64,000 nt of DNA. Origin: Antedon mediterranea. Its lineage: Eukaryota; Animalia; Echinodermata. The stretch is from positions 32,990,437 to 33,054,436 of the forward strand of contig NC_092672.1 in the NCBI RefSeq assembly GCF_964355755.1, read 5' to 3'. Both the position numbers and the translations under genes were made by a program. Shown one piece after another: positions 47,731-60,941 of this stretch (its first letter is position 1; each line of letters begins with the position of its first letter). The notes below the pieces were generated by a model. It was not told the origin of the DNA. It saw nothing but the letters and a program-made list of their open reading frames with translations, and did not search any database.

Positions 47731-50700
47731 ATGAAAGACGGAGTTATGACGAGTTCTAAGAAGAGCTGGAACTTTACGATGGTAATGTTATGCGCGATTT
47801 GAACGATTTGCGCAATTTGAAATTGCGCAAAAAAAATCCTTGCGCAATTTGAATTGAAACATGTGTTTCAAATTGCGCAAGCAACGTATTAAATTGCGCA
47901 AGTAATCTGTAAATTGCGCAAGGTTTTTCGACAGATTGTGAAATCATGCATACCCATATTTTTATAGTAATTTCTAAGAATGATTCAAAATTAAAGATAA
48001 ATATCGCATTTCCTTATTTTAGTAGTGCAAATATTGTTATAAGTTAGCATACCGTCGAAGAACCGACGAAGGAAAACGAAGCGGTGGTGTTCCACCAGGC
48101 GGGCGCGGCGCGGGCGGCCGGCTATACTACTCTAGCCTAGCTAGGGTCTGGACTACTGATACTGACTAGGTTAGCTTAAACTAATATTAAAAACTTAATT
48201 TTTACATTTATTTTGATTTATTTCAAGTTACAGTGATAATATTATTTAATTGTAATAATAAATGTTATGTATTTATTACACACATCTTCGCATTTATTAT
48301 GTTTTATTTTGAGTTATTTAGTTTCCAATAAATTATTATAATACCGATTGTCTGGTAGAATTTTGTTGCGCAATTTGAAAATTTACAGTTCGTTTTCAAA
48401 TTGCGCAAAGGTGTCATATTGCGCAAGAACTATCTTGCGCAATTTACAAATTGTGCAGCGCAATTTAAAATTGCGCAAAGATTTTCTTGCGCAATTTGAA
48501 ATTGCGCAAGTTGATTGCGCAATTTGAAATTGCGCAAAAAAATCCTTGCGCAATTTTAAATTGCGCAAGAATTCTTTGCGCAATTTCAAATTGCGCAAGG
48601 ATTTTTTTGCGCAATTTCAAATTGCGCAAATCGTTCAAATCGCGCATAACAGTAATATTAGGCCTATTTGGCTTATCAGCAACGTGCGGGCTTGGGCAAC
48701 TTATTAAAATAGGTGGTGGTAATGTAGGAGAAACATCAAGCCCGCTCACAAAAGAGACAGATAGTTTTACGTTTAAAATATACTGGGGCCTGGCTTCTAA
48801 ATGCTCAAATCTGGGCATAGATCTTGAATTGCAAAAGTGGGGTATTTCAGCAAATAAAGACACATCGGTGGAAATGGGTGACGTTTTTAATGCTTTCCAT
48901 AGCGGCAACTTTGGGTATCCGTACATCGATGATGACACTAGGAAGTTTATAAATGGTGGACTACCGCAGGTAAGATAAAATTTACTTTAAAAAAATAATG
49001 TTTCCCTCAGACAACCAGTCTGAGGGAATATTAGCACAAATAACCAGATTGAATGTCTACTCTAATGTACAGTAAGAACCCCTATCCTTTCCGAGGAGAC
49101 CTTCCTACCTGAAAAAAGTACAAACAATTCCTATTAAGGAGCACTTTGATGTGTCCCGAAGGTTTCCCATTAATAGGGGTTCCAAACGATCACAGACTTA
49201 TAGTCTCTCTATAGGCATAGTTTTTCACATCTTATAATAGTTGTACACTTTATTTTTTTATTTTTTTTTTTTATTTAATCGAAACCAACAGCGATAATTA
49301 CCGCCACTAACAGGTTTGATACAAACAAAGCCAGGACTGTTTAAAGCACCTTGATTGGTCCTAACATTGATCAATGGCTTCTCTCGTCCAGTGCCCACCT
49401 TGTACACATAATTACACAGTATCTACTTTGTTTTTGTGTTTTATTATTTATGATTTCATTTTTATTTTTTCAGGCAAGAAACCTCAGGAAACATTTAGAA
49501 ATAGCAACAGTTGAAATCATCAAAAAAATTCCAAATTCTCAATTCAATGGACTTGCAATCATAGACTGGGAAAAGTGGAAACCACACCTGGATGAAAACT
49601 TTGATAAACGAACAATTTATAAAAACGCTTCTGTTGATCTAGTGAAACAGAGAATACCAAACCTAAACAATACATCTGTATATGAATTAGCTAAAGTTGA
49701 ATATGAGATGGCAGCCGAAAGTTTAATGAAAGGTGTTCTACGCTTGGGGAAAACCCTACGCCCAAATGCATCATGGGGGTTTTATCATTACCCATACTGC
49801 CATAATAAAGAACCATCTACAGACTATGAATGCTTAAATGCGACTGTCGCAAGCAACGATAAGATGACGTGGTTGTTTGACGAGAGTAGCGCCATCTTCC
49901 CGTCAATATATCTCCTTCCATACGTGAAAAATAACCTTGAGTTTGTGAATAGTAAGTTACAAGAAGCTCTGCGTGTTGTGAATAACTTAAAAGAGCCAGG
50001 CAAGCCAGTGTATGTGTACAATCGCTTTAATTATTCCAATTCAGGATTGTATTACAACATAGTAAGTGAAAACCAATTCTAAAACAGTAAAAAAATAATT
50101 CATATCAACCTCTACAACAACCTCCATCCTCAGTGAGAGATCTAGGAAGAAAAAATTGTCAAATTAAGTACTTTTGTACCGAACTTAAGTATAAGTCCTA
50201 TATAGGTGCCAGGCTGGCTTCCCCACCAGCCTTAAATCCAATATGATCACCATCTCCCAACCCCACAAACGAACCCTTCCATTAATTGTGTTTTCTCCCG
50301 CTTGCTTGAAGTTAAACCTGCGATGTTTACAGCACTATGTTGCGTTGCGTCAACGGTTCCCACTTTTGATTATGCAACACAGCACTTTGTGTCAATACGT
50401 TCTAGTGGGGACCACCAAAGCCTGTTCTCCCAATGATGTGATGTTGAAATTAACAGCATTTCAACAATGAATGGTAGGCCTACTATAAATTCTGTTCTAA
50501 CATCAGGCTGGAGTAGAAAATGATTTTTAATGCTTAATTTTACAAAAAAATTATTTTTCTTTATTAAAATTTTGTTTAGGGTGATATCGAAATGAGCGTG
50601 TGTAAAGCCGCCATTTTATCATTTGATGGAATTGTTCTCTGGGGTTCTAAAGAAGCACTGGAAAACACGCAATCATGCACGGAACTTAAACAACTACTCG

Positions 50701-50903
50701 CAACAGTGTACGGCCCTGCGTTGCTAAATACGAAGACACAAGCCGAAAGTTGTGGCAACAAAATGTGCTCTGGTCATGGTAGATGTTTATTAGATGATGC
50801 AAGATTTGTGAGTGATGCATTATGGGATTGGCGGAGATTGGATTTTGTTAAATGCAGATGTTTGACCGGTTGGACTGGTAATAATTGCTCAAAGAAACCC
50901 TGA
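47731..50903 (+). CDS. Hyaluronidase / GH56 family (~426 aa once the MITE is removed); this allele is disrupted
   Basis: Exon 1 47731-47785 + 48656-48969 (ends NGGLPQ), exon 2 49474-50061 (GLAIIDWEKW, WGFYHYPYC, FPSIY), exon 3 50580-50903 (GIVLWGS, EGF-like CSGHGRC...CRCLTGWTG). Confidence 0.9.
47786..48651 (-). mobile_element. TTGCGCAA-array MITE, copy 2, inside hyaluronidase exon 1
   Basis: Same TIRs as 21063-21862, opposite orientation; TSD GTAA (47782-47785 and 48652-48655). Confidence 0.93.
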
Positions 50904-52469
50904 TAGATAGAAAAAATTATTTGAACAATACAATTTTGTGTTGATTTGTATAATTTATTATTTTTGTTAATAAAATAAAAATGGAGAAAATCATTGTTTA
51001 TATAAATACTAGATACATCATTTTAATTAAATACAAACAATATTTTCTTTAACACAAGAAATAAATATTTTATTTGAATTATGAATAAAAGAAAATAAAA
51101 GGAATGCTTTATTTGTTGTCGTACACTGTTTACAACGTTAACTATATAACCTATGATTCAGTTTGTCACATGTGATGAATATGTGATGGTGTATCAAAAA
51201 ACTTTCCTAAATACATTGAGAACTGAACTGAACTCTCTTGTATATAACATACAAACTATTCACATTATTTTAATTCATTGTGCACAAGCAAGCTGGACAC
51301 AGCTTTGGCAGACTCAGGTCCAACAATACAATGTGTGCAGGTCATAGGTCATTGTATTTTCAAATCTTAGAGTTTACTTTCTTATTTTAAAATATAGTTT
51401 TAAATTAGATAAAATATTTAAAGGTACAGTACAATGACTGGAATGAATAATTAGCATCATGTGAGCCAATTTCACGGCCAATATCTTCCGATTGCTATTC
51501 CATTTCATCCGGATGTCTAAAAATGACAATTGAAAAAAGAACGACTTCCACGTCCGAGATGACACCACAAGCGCATTTTAATTCCTCTAGGAAGTGGCGG
51601 GTACCAGTACTTCAATCAATTGGAACTGTTTCTACTTCCTATGGGAATGTATTTATAGATGATGTCATTGTTATGTAATTTGGTCAATGCCATATGCATA
51701 ACTTTTATTCGAAATTAGTTTTCAAATAAATGTTGCGATTTATGAATCTGTAAAGTATATACAAAAGTAAAATCATAAATCTTTATGGATAAAATAAGTA
51801 TGACGTGATTAAGAACCTTCACCTCCCTCAGGAAAAGGGTGAGCATCCTAACTATTAGACCACAAGGGAACTTGATTATATAGGTCAAATGTACTGCAGG
51901 AGACATGGTTTATCATGCAGACAAGATGGCCACAAGGACTTTGAACATGTCTCTGGAAGAAGTGAGTAAGCTAGGCCTAGGTAAACATATTGTGACGTAA
52001 CGGCTATGCATGCTCACTGGCTAAACCGAGGGGCCCCAGAACTTAAAAGAGGCCCGCAGAGCATGAGCAGTCCCAATGCAACTACCCAGCATTTAATTGG
52101 CGGTTTAGGAGTGCTAACCCAGGGCCTTTCTCCCTGCGTTACACCATTTCTGGGTCCACTCGTACTCCCCATTTAGATTGTGTTCTCAAATACAATGCTT
52201 TATTTCTTCATTCACTCGTTATATAAATGGGTACTGTATCAGAATATCTGGAAGTAAGAATGATGTAGCCACAAGAAATAAAGTTGGTCCGGTTTTCGCA
52301 AGAAAAAGTGGGTCAGGTTTAAACCTTACCAACCACAATTAGCCACGATACTTATTAAACAAAGTAAAGTACCAGATACACACAAATAAATTCAATATAT
52401 TACAAAAATGTGTTACATTGGTCCGAATGTGTCAAAGTGTTATCAATGTAAAATCTTGTATAGTTTATA

Positions 52470-52635
52470 CAGTCAACTCTCCCAATACCGGACACCTTTG
52501 GGCTGGCCAAATATGTCTGGTTTTCTGAAAAGTCTGGTATTCAGAAATGAATTTGGGACTGTTTGGACCTCACAAAACGTCTATTATTGGAGATTTTCCG
52601 GTTTTCAGAGAGTCCGGTATTGGGAGTGTTGACTT
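52470..52635. mobile_element. Tigger/pogo-like MITE
   Basis: TA|CAGTCAACTCTCCCAATACCGGAC ... GTCCGGTATTGGGAGTGTTGACT; related copy at ~17445-17545. Confidence 0.75.
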
Positions 52636-53580
52636 TAATTGTAACACAAAGAGCGCGTTATCTCTTTACATTACACCGTGAAAAACTAGCATGATTAAAA
52701 AATAAAAACATTTTGTTACATGTGAATCGGGTATAAGTGGTCTTTTTTATGCTTATCCAAACCACTACAAATAAGGTAGATTCCTTCCCTGATTCTATTA
52801 GTCATTTTTTAAACAGAATACTTATATATTTTTAACCAAATTACTTATTCAGTAAGGAGACACTTGTCCAGGCTAAAATTCCAAGACTAGACCAGAAGGA
52901 AGTGGTTTAGATTTTAGTTCATACTTTTGAATACAATAGGGATGAGTGAATTTAGACAATTACACATTAGTGGTGTTAATTTCAGGCTGTTCCAGGAAAT
53001 ATACTTGCACCCTCTACTCCATATGTTGAGATAAATCTAAAATACAGAACAGGTTGCCTGAATCCAGGAATGAAATGGAAGAAAAATGTAGCGATGGCAG
53101 TGCAGGATGTTTGTAAATATTGGGGGTTAGGGATAGCGTTCTGGGGAGGGGGTGAAAGGAGAGATGGTGGAGTTTTTTCAAGGTTTGAATAGGATGAAAC
53201 ACCATGAGAAACTTAGCCCCTTATCGCACCTTGTTAGGGGTGAGAAAACACCCCTCCATCACGGTTAGAGAGATACTATACAACGTACAACATGTTTGAA
53301 TTCAATTATGTATTTGATTTTGTGATGCATGTGTGCTTGTTTTTATATATTTTGGCAAATTGTCAAGGATAACTATAAGCAAATTCATTCACTATTCTTC
53401 TTAAAGGTGGCAATCCTGTTCACAAGACAAACATATACACAAGATGCTCTACATGGGAGTGGAGTTGCAATTTGTTTGAAACAAAATCCTGACATACTAC
53501 AGGCTTGAACCCAGAACCCTTGGCTTGGTAGCCAAGCATCATGACCACCAAGCCACAACTCTACTACACTTTATGTGTTA

Positions 53581-53824
53581 AGCCTGGTTTCCATAAAATC
53601 GCTACACGACAGAGCGTAGCGATTTTATGGAAACGCTAGAATTTATCGGGGATCTAGTACGCGAGCGCTAAATATTCTTAGGTACGCGTAACGATTCATC
53701 GCCGACACAATCGGCAAAGTTGAACATGGTTGAACTTTGCCAATTTGACTGCAATGAATCGGGGAGCCTTCTCGATTGCGTCGGCGACATCTGTGCGTGT
53801 AGCGATTTTAATGGAAACCAGGCT
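53581..53824. mobile_element. Harbinger-like MITE
   Basis: TTA|AGCCTGGTTTCCATAAAATCGCTACACG ... CGTGTAGCGATTTTAATGGAAACCAGGCT|TTA. Confidence 0.8.
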
Positions 53825-54907
53825 TTACAAAATACAAACAATATACATTTTTTTTCATTTCATGTAACACTTTATTTTCATATAAAATAGTATGAAGTAT
53901 TTGGTATATTTTGTATGTATGATATAGGAATATAAAGCAGTGGATCCAATTCATTCTAAAAATCACCAAGTCTTCGACGGAATAATAATAATAATTATCA
54001 ACAAATTTACAAATTTTCAAATAAAATTCTAGCAAGTTTTAAACATGCTACTTGTTAATATTCTGTAATTCCATATTTTAAATATTCTACTATCCAAGTT
54101 TGAAAAATTATTCATACCACCACAAAATAATGAAAACAAAATCTATATCTCTGTGATAACACAACAAGTACCGGTATTGATAAATTAGCACACATCAAAA
54201 TTACACGCATTTAAAAAAACGCATATCATATATTAAACCTGCATGCATACACGCAGAAAATCTTCCCTTCAATTGCCATAGAAATTTCTTAAAAAATTAA
54301 TTATTTATTATTTTTAGTTCACTAATAATGCAAACCCCATCCCTACGTTGTGGTCCCAACCAAATCTCAAAATCATTGTAATTAATCAGATTTTTTAACT
54401 TAGTATTTAATACAATATTAAAGAATGTGGCACTGTACGATATAAACCGCAATGTGAAATTCACATTGTGGTTCAAGAGAATTTAATTTGGCCATCCAAA
54501 CAGGCAACAGACATTGGCCAACAGTCAGGTTATCAGTAGTTTTTGCAGGGACTTTGCACTTTTGCATGTTAGCGCAAGAGCATTTAGAAGTTACGCACAC
54601 TTGTCGTTTGATAAATTTAGTAAACGCAAAACCAACTCTCCTTTTTTTCATCTACAGTAGACTTTTCGTCCCATAGTTACTTTCAAACAAGGTAAATAAA
54701 GAAGATTTACTTATTTCCTAAATGTGTCTTTTAGCCACTATATTCATGCTATTATGTTCATGGTAAAAAACTTATTCAAATACAAAACAACTAAAGGGAA
54801 AAAATGATTAATTTAAAGGAATGTTTAAATGGAAATAAATGTTCATTTTATAAATTGGAACATATACATTTTAGTTTGCTACATCTGATTAGTCAATTGC
54901 AGCTTCC

Positions 54908-55232
54908 TTGACCAATCATGTGTACTGTTAGATGATCTATTGACCAATCATGTGTACTGTTAGATGATCTATTGACCAATCATGTGTACTGTTAGATGAT
55001 CTATTGACCAATCATGTATGCTGTTTCATGATTCAACTATTGACCAATCATGTTTTTTGTTTCATGATTCAAATACTGACCAATCATGTTTTTTGTTTCA
55101 TGATTTAACTATTGACTAATCATGTATGCGGTTTTATGATTCAACTACTGACCAATCATGTTTTTTGTTTCATGATTTAACTATTGACCAATCATGTATG
55201 CTGTTTAAAATGATTCAATTATTGATCAATGA
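54908..55232. repeat. Composite 32/36-bp minisatellite with TGACCAATCATG in each unit
   Basis: Three units TTGACCAATCATGTGTACTGTTAGATGATCTA, then about six longer variants. Confidence 0.9.
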
Positions 55233-57520
55233 TAAGAATTGAACTTGAAAAAAAAAATGGAAGTTCTTTTTAACTAAATAATATATACACAATATCTTTA
55301 GAAATAAGTTAAAAAATTTAGACAGATTTAAGTAACAAACTTTTACTAGAAGTAGGTGTGTTTATACCAGATGCCTACACCCATACTAAACCTTTAGAAA
55401 ATATTGGGGTAGTGTTATTATAGTATGATTAAAGTATACCATACATATTACATTCCAGAGAAATGAATTCCCTTGCATACTTGATGATAAAGAATATTTT
55501 GATTGCACCAATCAAGGAAAAGGGCGCTGGAGCATAACAAACATCTGCACATGCTCACAAACAAACTACAACTACATTTCATCCCGTCATAATTCCATTT
55601 TTTTTGTAAGCATGTGTGTAGATATTTGCTACGCTTCAGTGCTTCTTAGATTTCAGAGCTATATAGTGCAAACGAAAAAGTACTTTTTATATTCATCATT
55701 TAACAAACTATCAAACAATTCTATTTAACATTTATACCTTAGTACAATCGTACTAACAACTAAATAAATACATATATATGGAAAACACTTTATTTACAGT
55801 CCTAATATAAAATACAATTTAACTATCCTGTTCCTACAAAAAAAAATTGTTTTAAAGCACCATTGAAATCATATTTCTATTTGATTCAAAATTTGTTTTG
55901 ATAAGGCTTGTTATCGTAAGCCATACTAAACATTACAACTGAAAAGAAGTTTATTTATAATGAAATAATTTAACTAAATTAAATTTTATTTGTTCTTGTC
56001 ATTCTGAGGTGAGCTAGATGGGTGCACTTCAAGCCATTGGCTAAGCTCAAGTCTCGACCTCAGAGGAAACAGGTCATTCCGCTGAAAAAGTCTAATTTTT
56101 CAATGTTGAGATCAAACGTTTATATCTCAATTAGTATTTTTTTAAATTTTAGTAAGCAACTTGCTTTACAAGTGAAAAACATTTGTGTGAAGTTTGTTTT
56201 TGGCAAAATCTAGTATCAGTGCCTGTTATGAAAATGCTGTTTTTGAGCTTCTTGTACTCATGTAAACCAATATTAAAAAATGTACAGCAGTGAAGCATAT
56301 AATAAGTAAATTTGAACTGATTTGAAAATGATGCAAAAGAGAAATAAAATACATAAACAGAAAGGAAAAACAAGCAAAATATTACTATTTTTTTATAAAA
56401 TAAATTAAGAAATAAAAGTTTAAGTAATTACATTATTTATAAACAATTATTGTCTTATGACAATTTGGACAATTGAGTTTGGACATAAGGTTTCAAACTT
56501 TCTACGTTTACAAACCAATTTGTTCATGTAATAAGCTTTGTTTGGACGAACTTATCATAAAAAGACCATTTTGACCATTAGTTCTTCCGTTGTTAACTTA
56601 AGTCGTTTCCTGATTGGTGATATTTAGTGGTTTATCGCAGCAGCTGTTTACACTAACAGGAAGACCTTCTTGTCTGTATAGGTATCATCTCCCAACCACA
56701 TACACTTTCATTTACGGTACACCAATGTGCTTAATGCTTGGTCCCCACTACAGACGCAATACAAGGACGTAACATGTTGTAAGTGATTTGACCAATCACA
56801 AGCGATGGATTATTCCAGCTGTTGCTTGTCATTGGTCAACTCGCTTGCATTGCGTCTATGTCCTTGCGTTCCATCCCTAGTGAGAACCAAGGTAAAGTAA
56901 GACTGATTGGAAATAGTGTATGTACAATAATACAGTAAATACACTTTTATGCACATTTCTTAATCTTTTAACAATAGGAAGCTTTCGATTTTCGACAACA
57001 AATGACCTATATGTAAATTACACATTACGTTATTTGTCACTTTTCTTTGATGACCATCAACCTAAGAAAAAGGTTCAAATGCACAGAATCGTCTATCTGA
57101 CCTAAAATCGATGACCTTGGATCAAACAATTTATAAACAAACCTCAACGTATGCGAATAGTACTAGTAGTAGTGATTTCATACTAAGTCGGCGCAAATTT
57201 GAAAACTTCCTATTTACTCTCTGGACATATAAACCAAATAGATATCTCTGAAAATTGAACCAATTTTTTTGGGATAGATATTTTAGTATTAGGAGATGTT
57301 ACCTTTAAATTAGCCTAGCAATAACCAAACACTTGTGTATTATTTATTAAGTACATCTTCATTTGAATTTTGTTCTATGTCGATGTGTGGAGGAATTAGT
57401 TTTGGAACTAATTACTTCATGGTTGATGCAACTATTTCTGACAACACTGGCCGTCCCTATATCCCCTCCTCCCACCCCAGTCAGCACATCCCTAGTAATA
57501 GCCACCATCTTTTATAAAAA

Positions 57521-58898
57521 TTAGTTGTGTTTTGCACGTTTTCCTTTCATATAACTCATCCACCGTTTTGACGTTACATCGAATATTGGTTCTTTTTCAA
57601 TGCTTGCTAATAACATTAATTGTTGACAATGCGTGGCGTGATAATCCCACCTCGCTAAGTTTGGTGCCTTGCCTAGAACCATGTGTCGAAGGTCATAGAT
57701 TGACCCTGACCCTGTGTCATACATCATAAGCATTGCTTTCAACGACCTCAATCCGTCGTTGTATAATTGACTTGCATCACGCCCTTCTTCTTGCGATGCT
57801 GTCATTTTTAGATCATATAGTCCAATCAACGAGTAGATAAAACCGTTTAATACAAAACTGCTAGGTGTTGTTGGGTACTCCTCGTACCAATTGTAAGTAT
57901 CAAGAAATCGTGCCTTGACACCGCCCTCAGTTGACGGTATGGTGTAAAGTTTTGTTGCATGAAGAGCCGCTTCTATGTATTTACGTTTATGAGTGGCAGT
58001 GAACGCTCTCGTTAGGACGGATATTGCATGCCCCTGGGCCATCGCGGAATACCAGCCCGGTGGTAATACTTTTAAATCTTCATCCAGTTTTCTATTCACC
58101 ATAATTGGCCAACCGCCATTCATATCTTGATTGCGCAATAACCAATCGGCTGAAGCGTAAAAATTCTCCATGTGGTTACTGGACGATATTTTAAAATTGT
58201 CTAAATACCCGTTCCCGTGAAGAATGATTTTAATTATTTTGCGAATGTTTATTTTTTTGTTCTGTTTTGATTTAGTTAACGCGATTCCTTTTCTAATATC
58301 TGCAACCAAATCACGGTTTATTGTCCTCCATGATTGATTCTCACCGATGTTATATGTGATGTGCGAGCCTTTCATTTGGATGGGTGCGCTTTGCGATGCG
58401 TAGTGTAAATGTATCGGACGTTCTCGCTCAACTGTTTCAACACTGACAGTGATAGTGACGTTATTTACAACTTTTAAATCAAAAGTTAAAACGTAGTCTC
58501 CTTTTACATTTAAGGATAGAGAAGGACCACGTGCTTGGTTTGTACCTGAAAATGAAACAAAACAGAATTAATTATAAAAAAAAATGTACATTGATGTAAA
58601 ATTAAAATGTACTGTTTGGAGCAGGTTATAATATTATAGTTCGTGAACAATAGCAAGAACGCATTACCTTTTGTTTCAAATTTTAATACGTTTGATTTTT
58701 TCTCTGCATCGAAAACTCGCTCAACTTTACTTTCTTTGTCAGGAACCCAATTACGTGTGTTCGTTTCTCCATCCTCGTATATCTTGACGCGTGGTTCTTT
58801 TTCGGTCAAATTTTTGCTGAAATGGCTCAAACCAAATTGAGAAATCTGAATGGGGTAGAAATAGCCTGATGGGTCCCACTGTGTTGTCATTGGTACTC
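57521..58898 (-). CDS. GLCE: D-glucuronyl C5-epimerase, last two coding exons (5' exons not found in window)
   Basis: Exons 58898-58668 (GVPMTTQWDPSGYFYPIQISQFGLSH) and 58545-57521 (WYSAMAQGHAIS, WYEEYPT, FVLNGFIYSLIGLYD, YDLRH, NLARWDYH). Confidence 0.95.
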
Positions 58899-60216
58899 CT
58901 GCAGGAATAACAAAAAAAATTCTACTATAATGTTCTGTTTAAACAATTGTGTCATAAAGGCTTTGAAATATATATTATAAAGATAGGAACATCTTTAAGG
59001 AGTTTCTGCTGATAGTGAGTGAAACAGTGGCCATAAACAATGTTAACCTAGTCTGACCTCAGAAAGGAATCAAACCCACACCATTAAACTTTTGAGGTCA
59101 ATATTGATTGATTGGTAGGACTGTGATAACTAATAATGATTTTAATTTGATATGAAATATGGTCAATAGTTCAGAATCAAGCAATACAAATGATGATAGC
59201 ACATCTGATAGACATAAATGACCTTAAACTTTATAAGATGGTTGACCTCGTAGAGGAAACATTTAAAATCCACAGGAAACATAAAACATAGTATAAGTTA
59301 ATTAGCAGAAACGTAACACAAGGTGTCGTTAAAAAGATAACAATAGGGTATAAACAAATAGACTCATCCGCTACAATCGTCCAATCGGATTGCAGGAAAT
59401 TATATAAACTAAAAAAACTTGTACAAGCAAAATATTGAGCTTTTCAAGGACAGAAAAATTGGGAAAAAACAGATGCGAATAAATTTGTAAAGTGATTGGA
59501 AGTCAATACGCCATTAAACCACCTCCATATTCTGTACGAGTTGTCTCAAGATCCCTATGCGTGCAACCATTTTTAATGTTATGTGATATTGGTCTGTAAC
59601 TAACATATGGCACAAAGAATCTATCCTTTTTATCTACAGTATGGAGAGAGCGCTTGTATGTTCATTCATTATACACATTTTTGCAATTTTATGAATGCAT
59701 ACCCATAGGGTATCAAAATGACCGGAATTTTACTAGAAAGGTTTTGAACCACATTTGAAAACCACTCTGTTAATGTGTTAGTGGATTTTTTATAAGTTTA
59801 TTAGTCCATTTTTATTAGTTTGATTTGTTAAGCCTTGTCTACATAGACTAGTTAATCATACTTTATGCGACAAAAAATGTGATATGTCCATATATGGACA
59901 TGATGATGTCATATCACTACCATCTTTGGGAATATCACTACCATATTTGGGCACATCACACTTTTTTGTCAAACTAGTTTGATAGTGTAGACAGAGCTTT
60001 AATTTTGTCAGTTGCTTGTTTTGGAATTTCACTTTCTGTTATTCCTTTTGGAGACTGATTTAAAAGTTTTTTTACAATAATTTCCTTACCAAACAGGCTA
60101 GATCCCCCACCCCCCATGGGCTTGACCCTCTGGAATCCACAACAAAGGGCCAATTATAAAACTGTACAGGAATTAGAACGTTCAAACAATAACTTGTATT
60201 ATAATATTATGATAAA

Positions 60217-60494
60217 ATGTTGCTGCCATTCAAGCGACAAAAAAATCAGGAAATTATAACAGTATGTCGGTCACATGATAAAGTCACCTGATGTTGAGAT
60301 AGATAAGCAGTATTTAAATGTTTTTAGGAAGTGATAATGATTTCTAATACCAAACTATATGCCTACTTTTACTCTTTGAAAATAAGAATAATCATTTTTC
60401 TATATAGTTTAGTTTTCAGATGACTATCATGTGACCAACATACTGTTACGATTTCCTATGATTATTTGTATTGTCGCGTGAATGACAACAACAA
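60217..60494. mobile_element. Old inverted-repeat element
   Basis: TGTTGCTGCCATTCAAGCGACAA...AACAGTATGTCGGTCACATGATA mirrored at 60425-60493. Confidence 0.65.
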
Positions 60495-60599
60495 TATTGT
60501 TTCTATATATTATTATTAACCACCATTTATATGTTTATACTGTATCTACTAAGTTATAGTATCTTCATTGTTTTCTACCCACCCTTAAGGTAATACTCT

Positions 60600-60925
60600 T
60601 GACACCCTATTCATTCACTAGCCTGTGCCTCCTTTGTTTTCATTTCTTTTATTCCAGTTCACTCATTCATATTTTCAATTTTGTCCGAGTACACTCACTT
60701 GCACTGATGAAGGGCTACTGTTGCCTGGAAGCTCTTCTAATTTTTCTGGCTGTTTTACTTTATCGTTTTGATTTAGCTCTTTGCTTATTTTCTTCGTATC
60801 TCCATTGAGATCCAGCCACTGATACGCACCGCATTTTCATTTTTTTCAGTGCTTATTTTATGTGTATCTCTATATTGAAATCCAGCCAATGATACCCACA
60901 GAATTGTCATTATTTCAGTAATTTT
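60600..60925 (+). mobile_element. Probable Penelope-like pseudo-LTR remnant with a decayed minimal hammerhead motif
   Basis: CTGATGA-AGGGC-loop-GCCT-GGAAGCTC at 60704-60734; T-rich strand; duplicated GTATCTC...ATCCAGCCA.TGATAC unit. Confidence 0.45.
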
Positions 60926-60941
60926 ACTTTGGAATTATATA

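Noticed and set aside
47782-48652. MITE removed as a perfect GT...AG intron (introner-like rescue)
   Set aside because: G|GTAATG ... ACAG exists, but splicing gives ATG TAA; the nearby alternative AGs (48661, 48679) are also out of frame
49351-49473. Hydrophobic N-terminus of ORF 49351-50082 as a signal or TM segment
   Set aside because: It is the T-rich intron end before the acceptor at 49473
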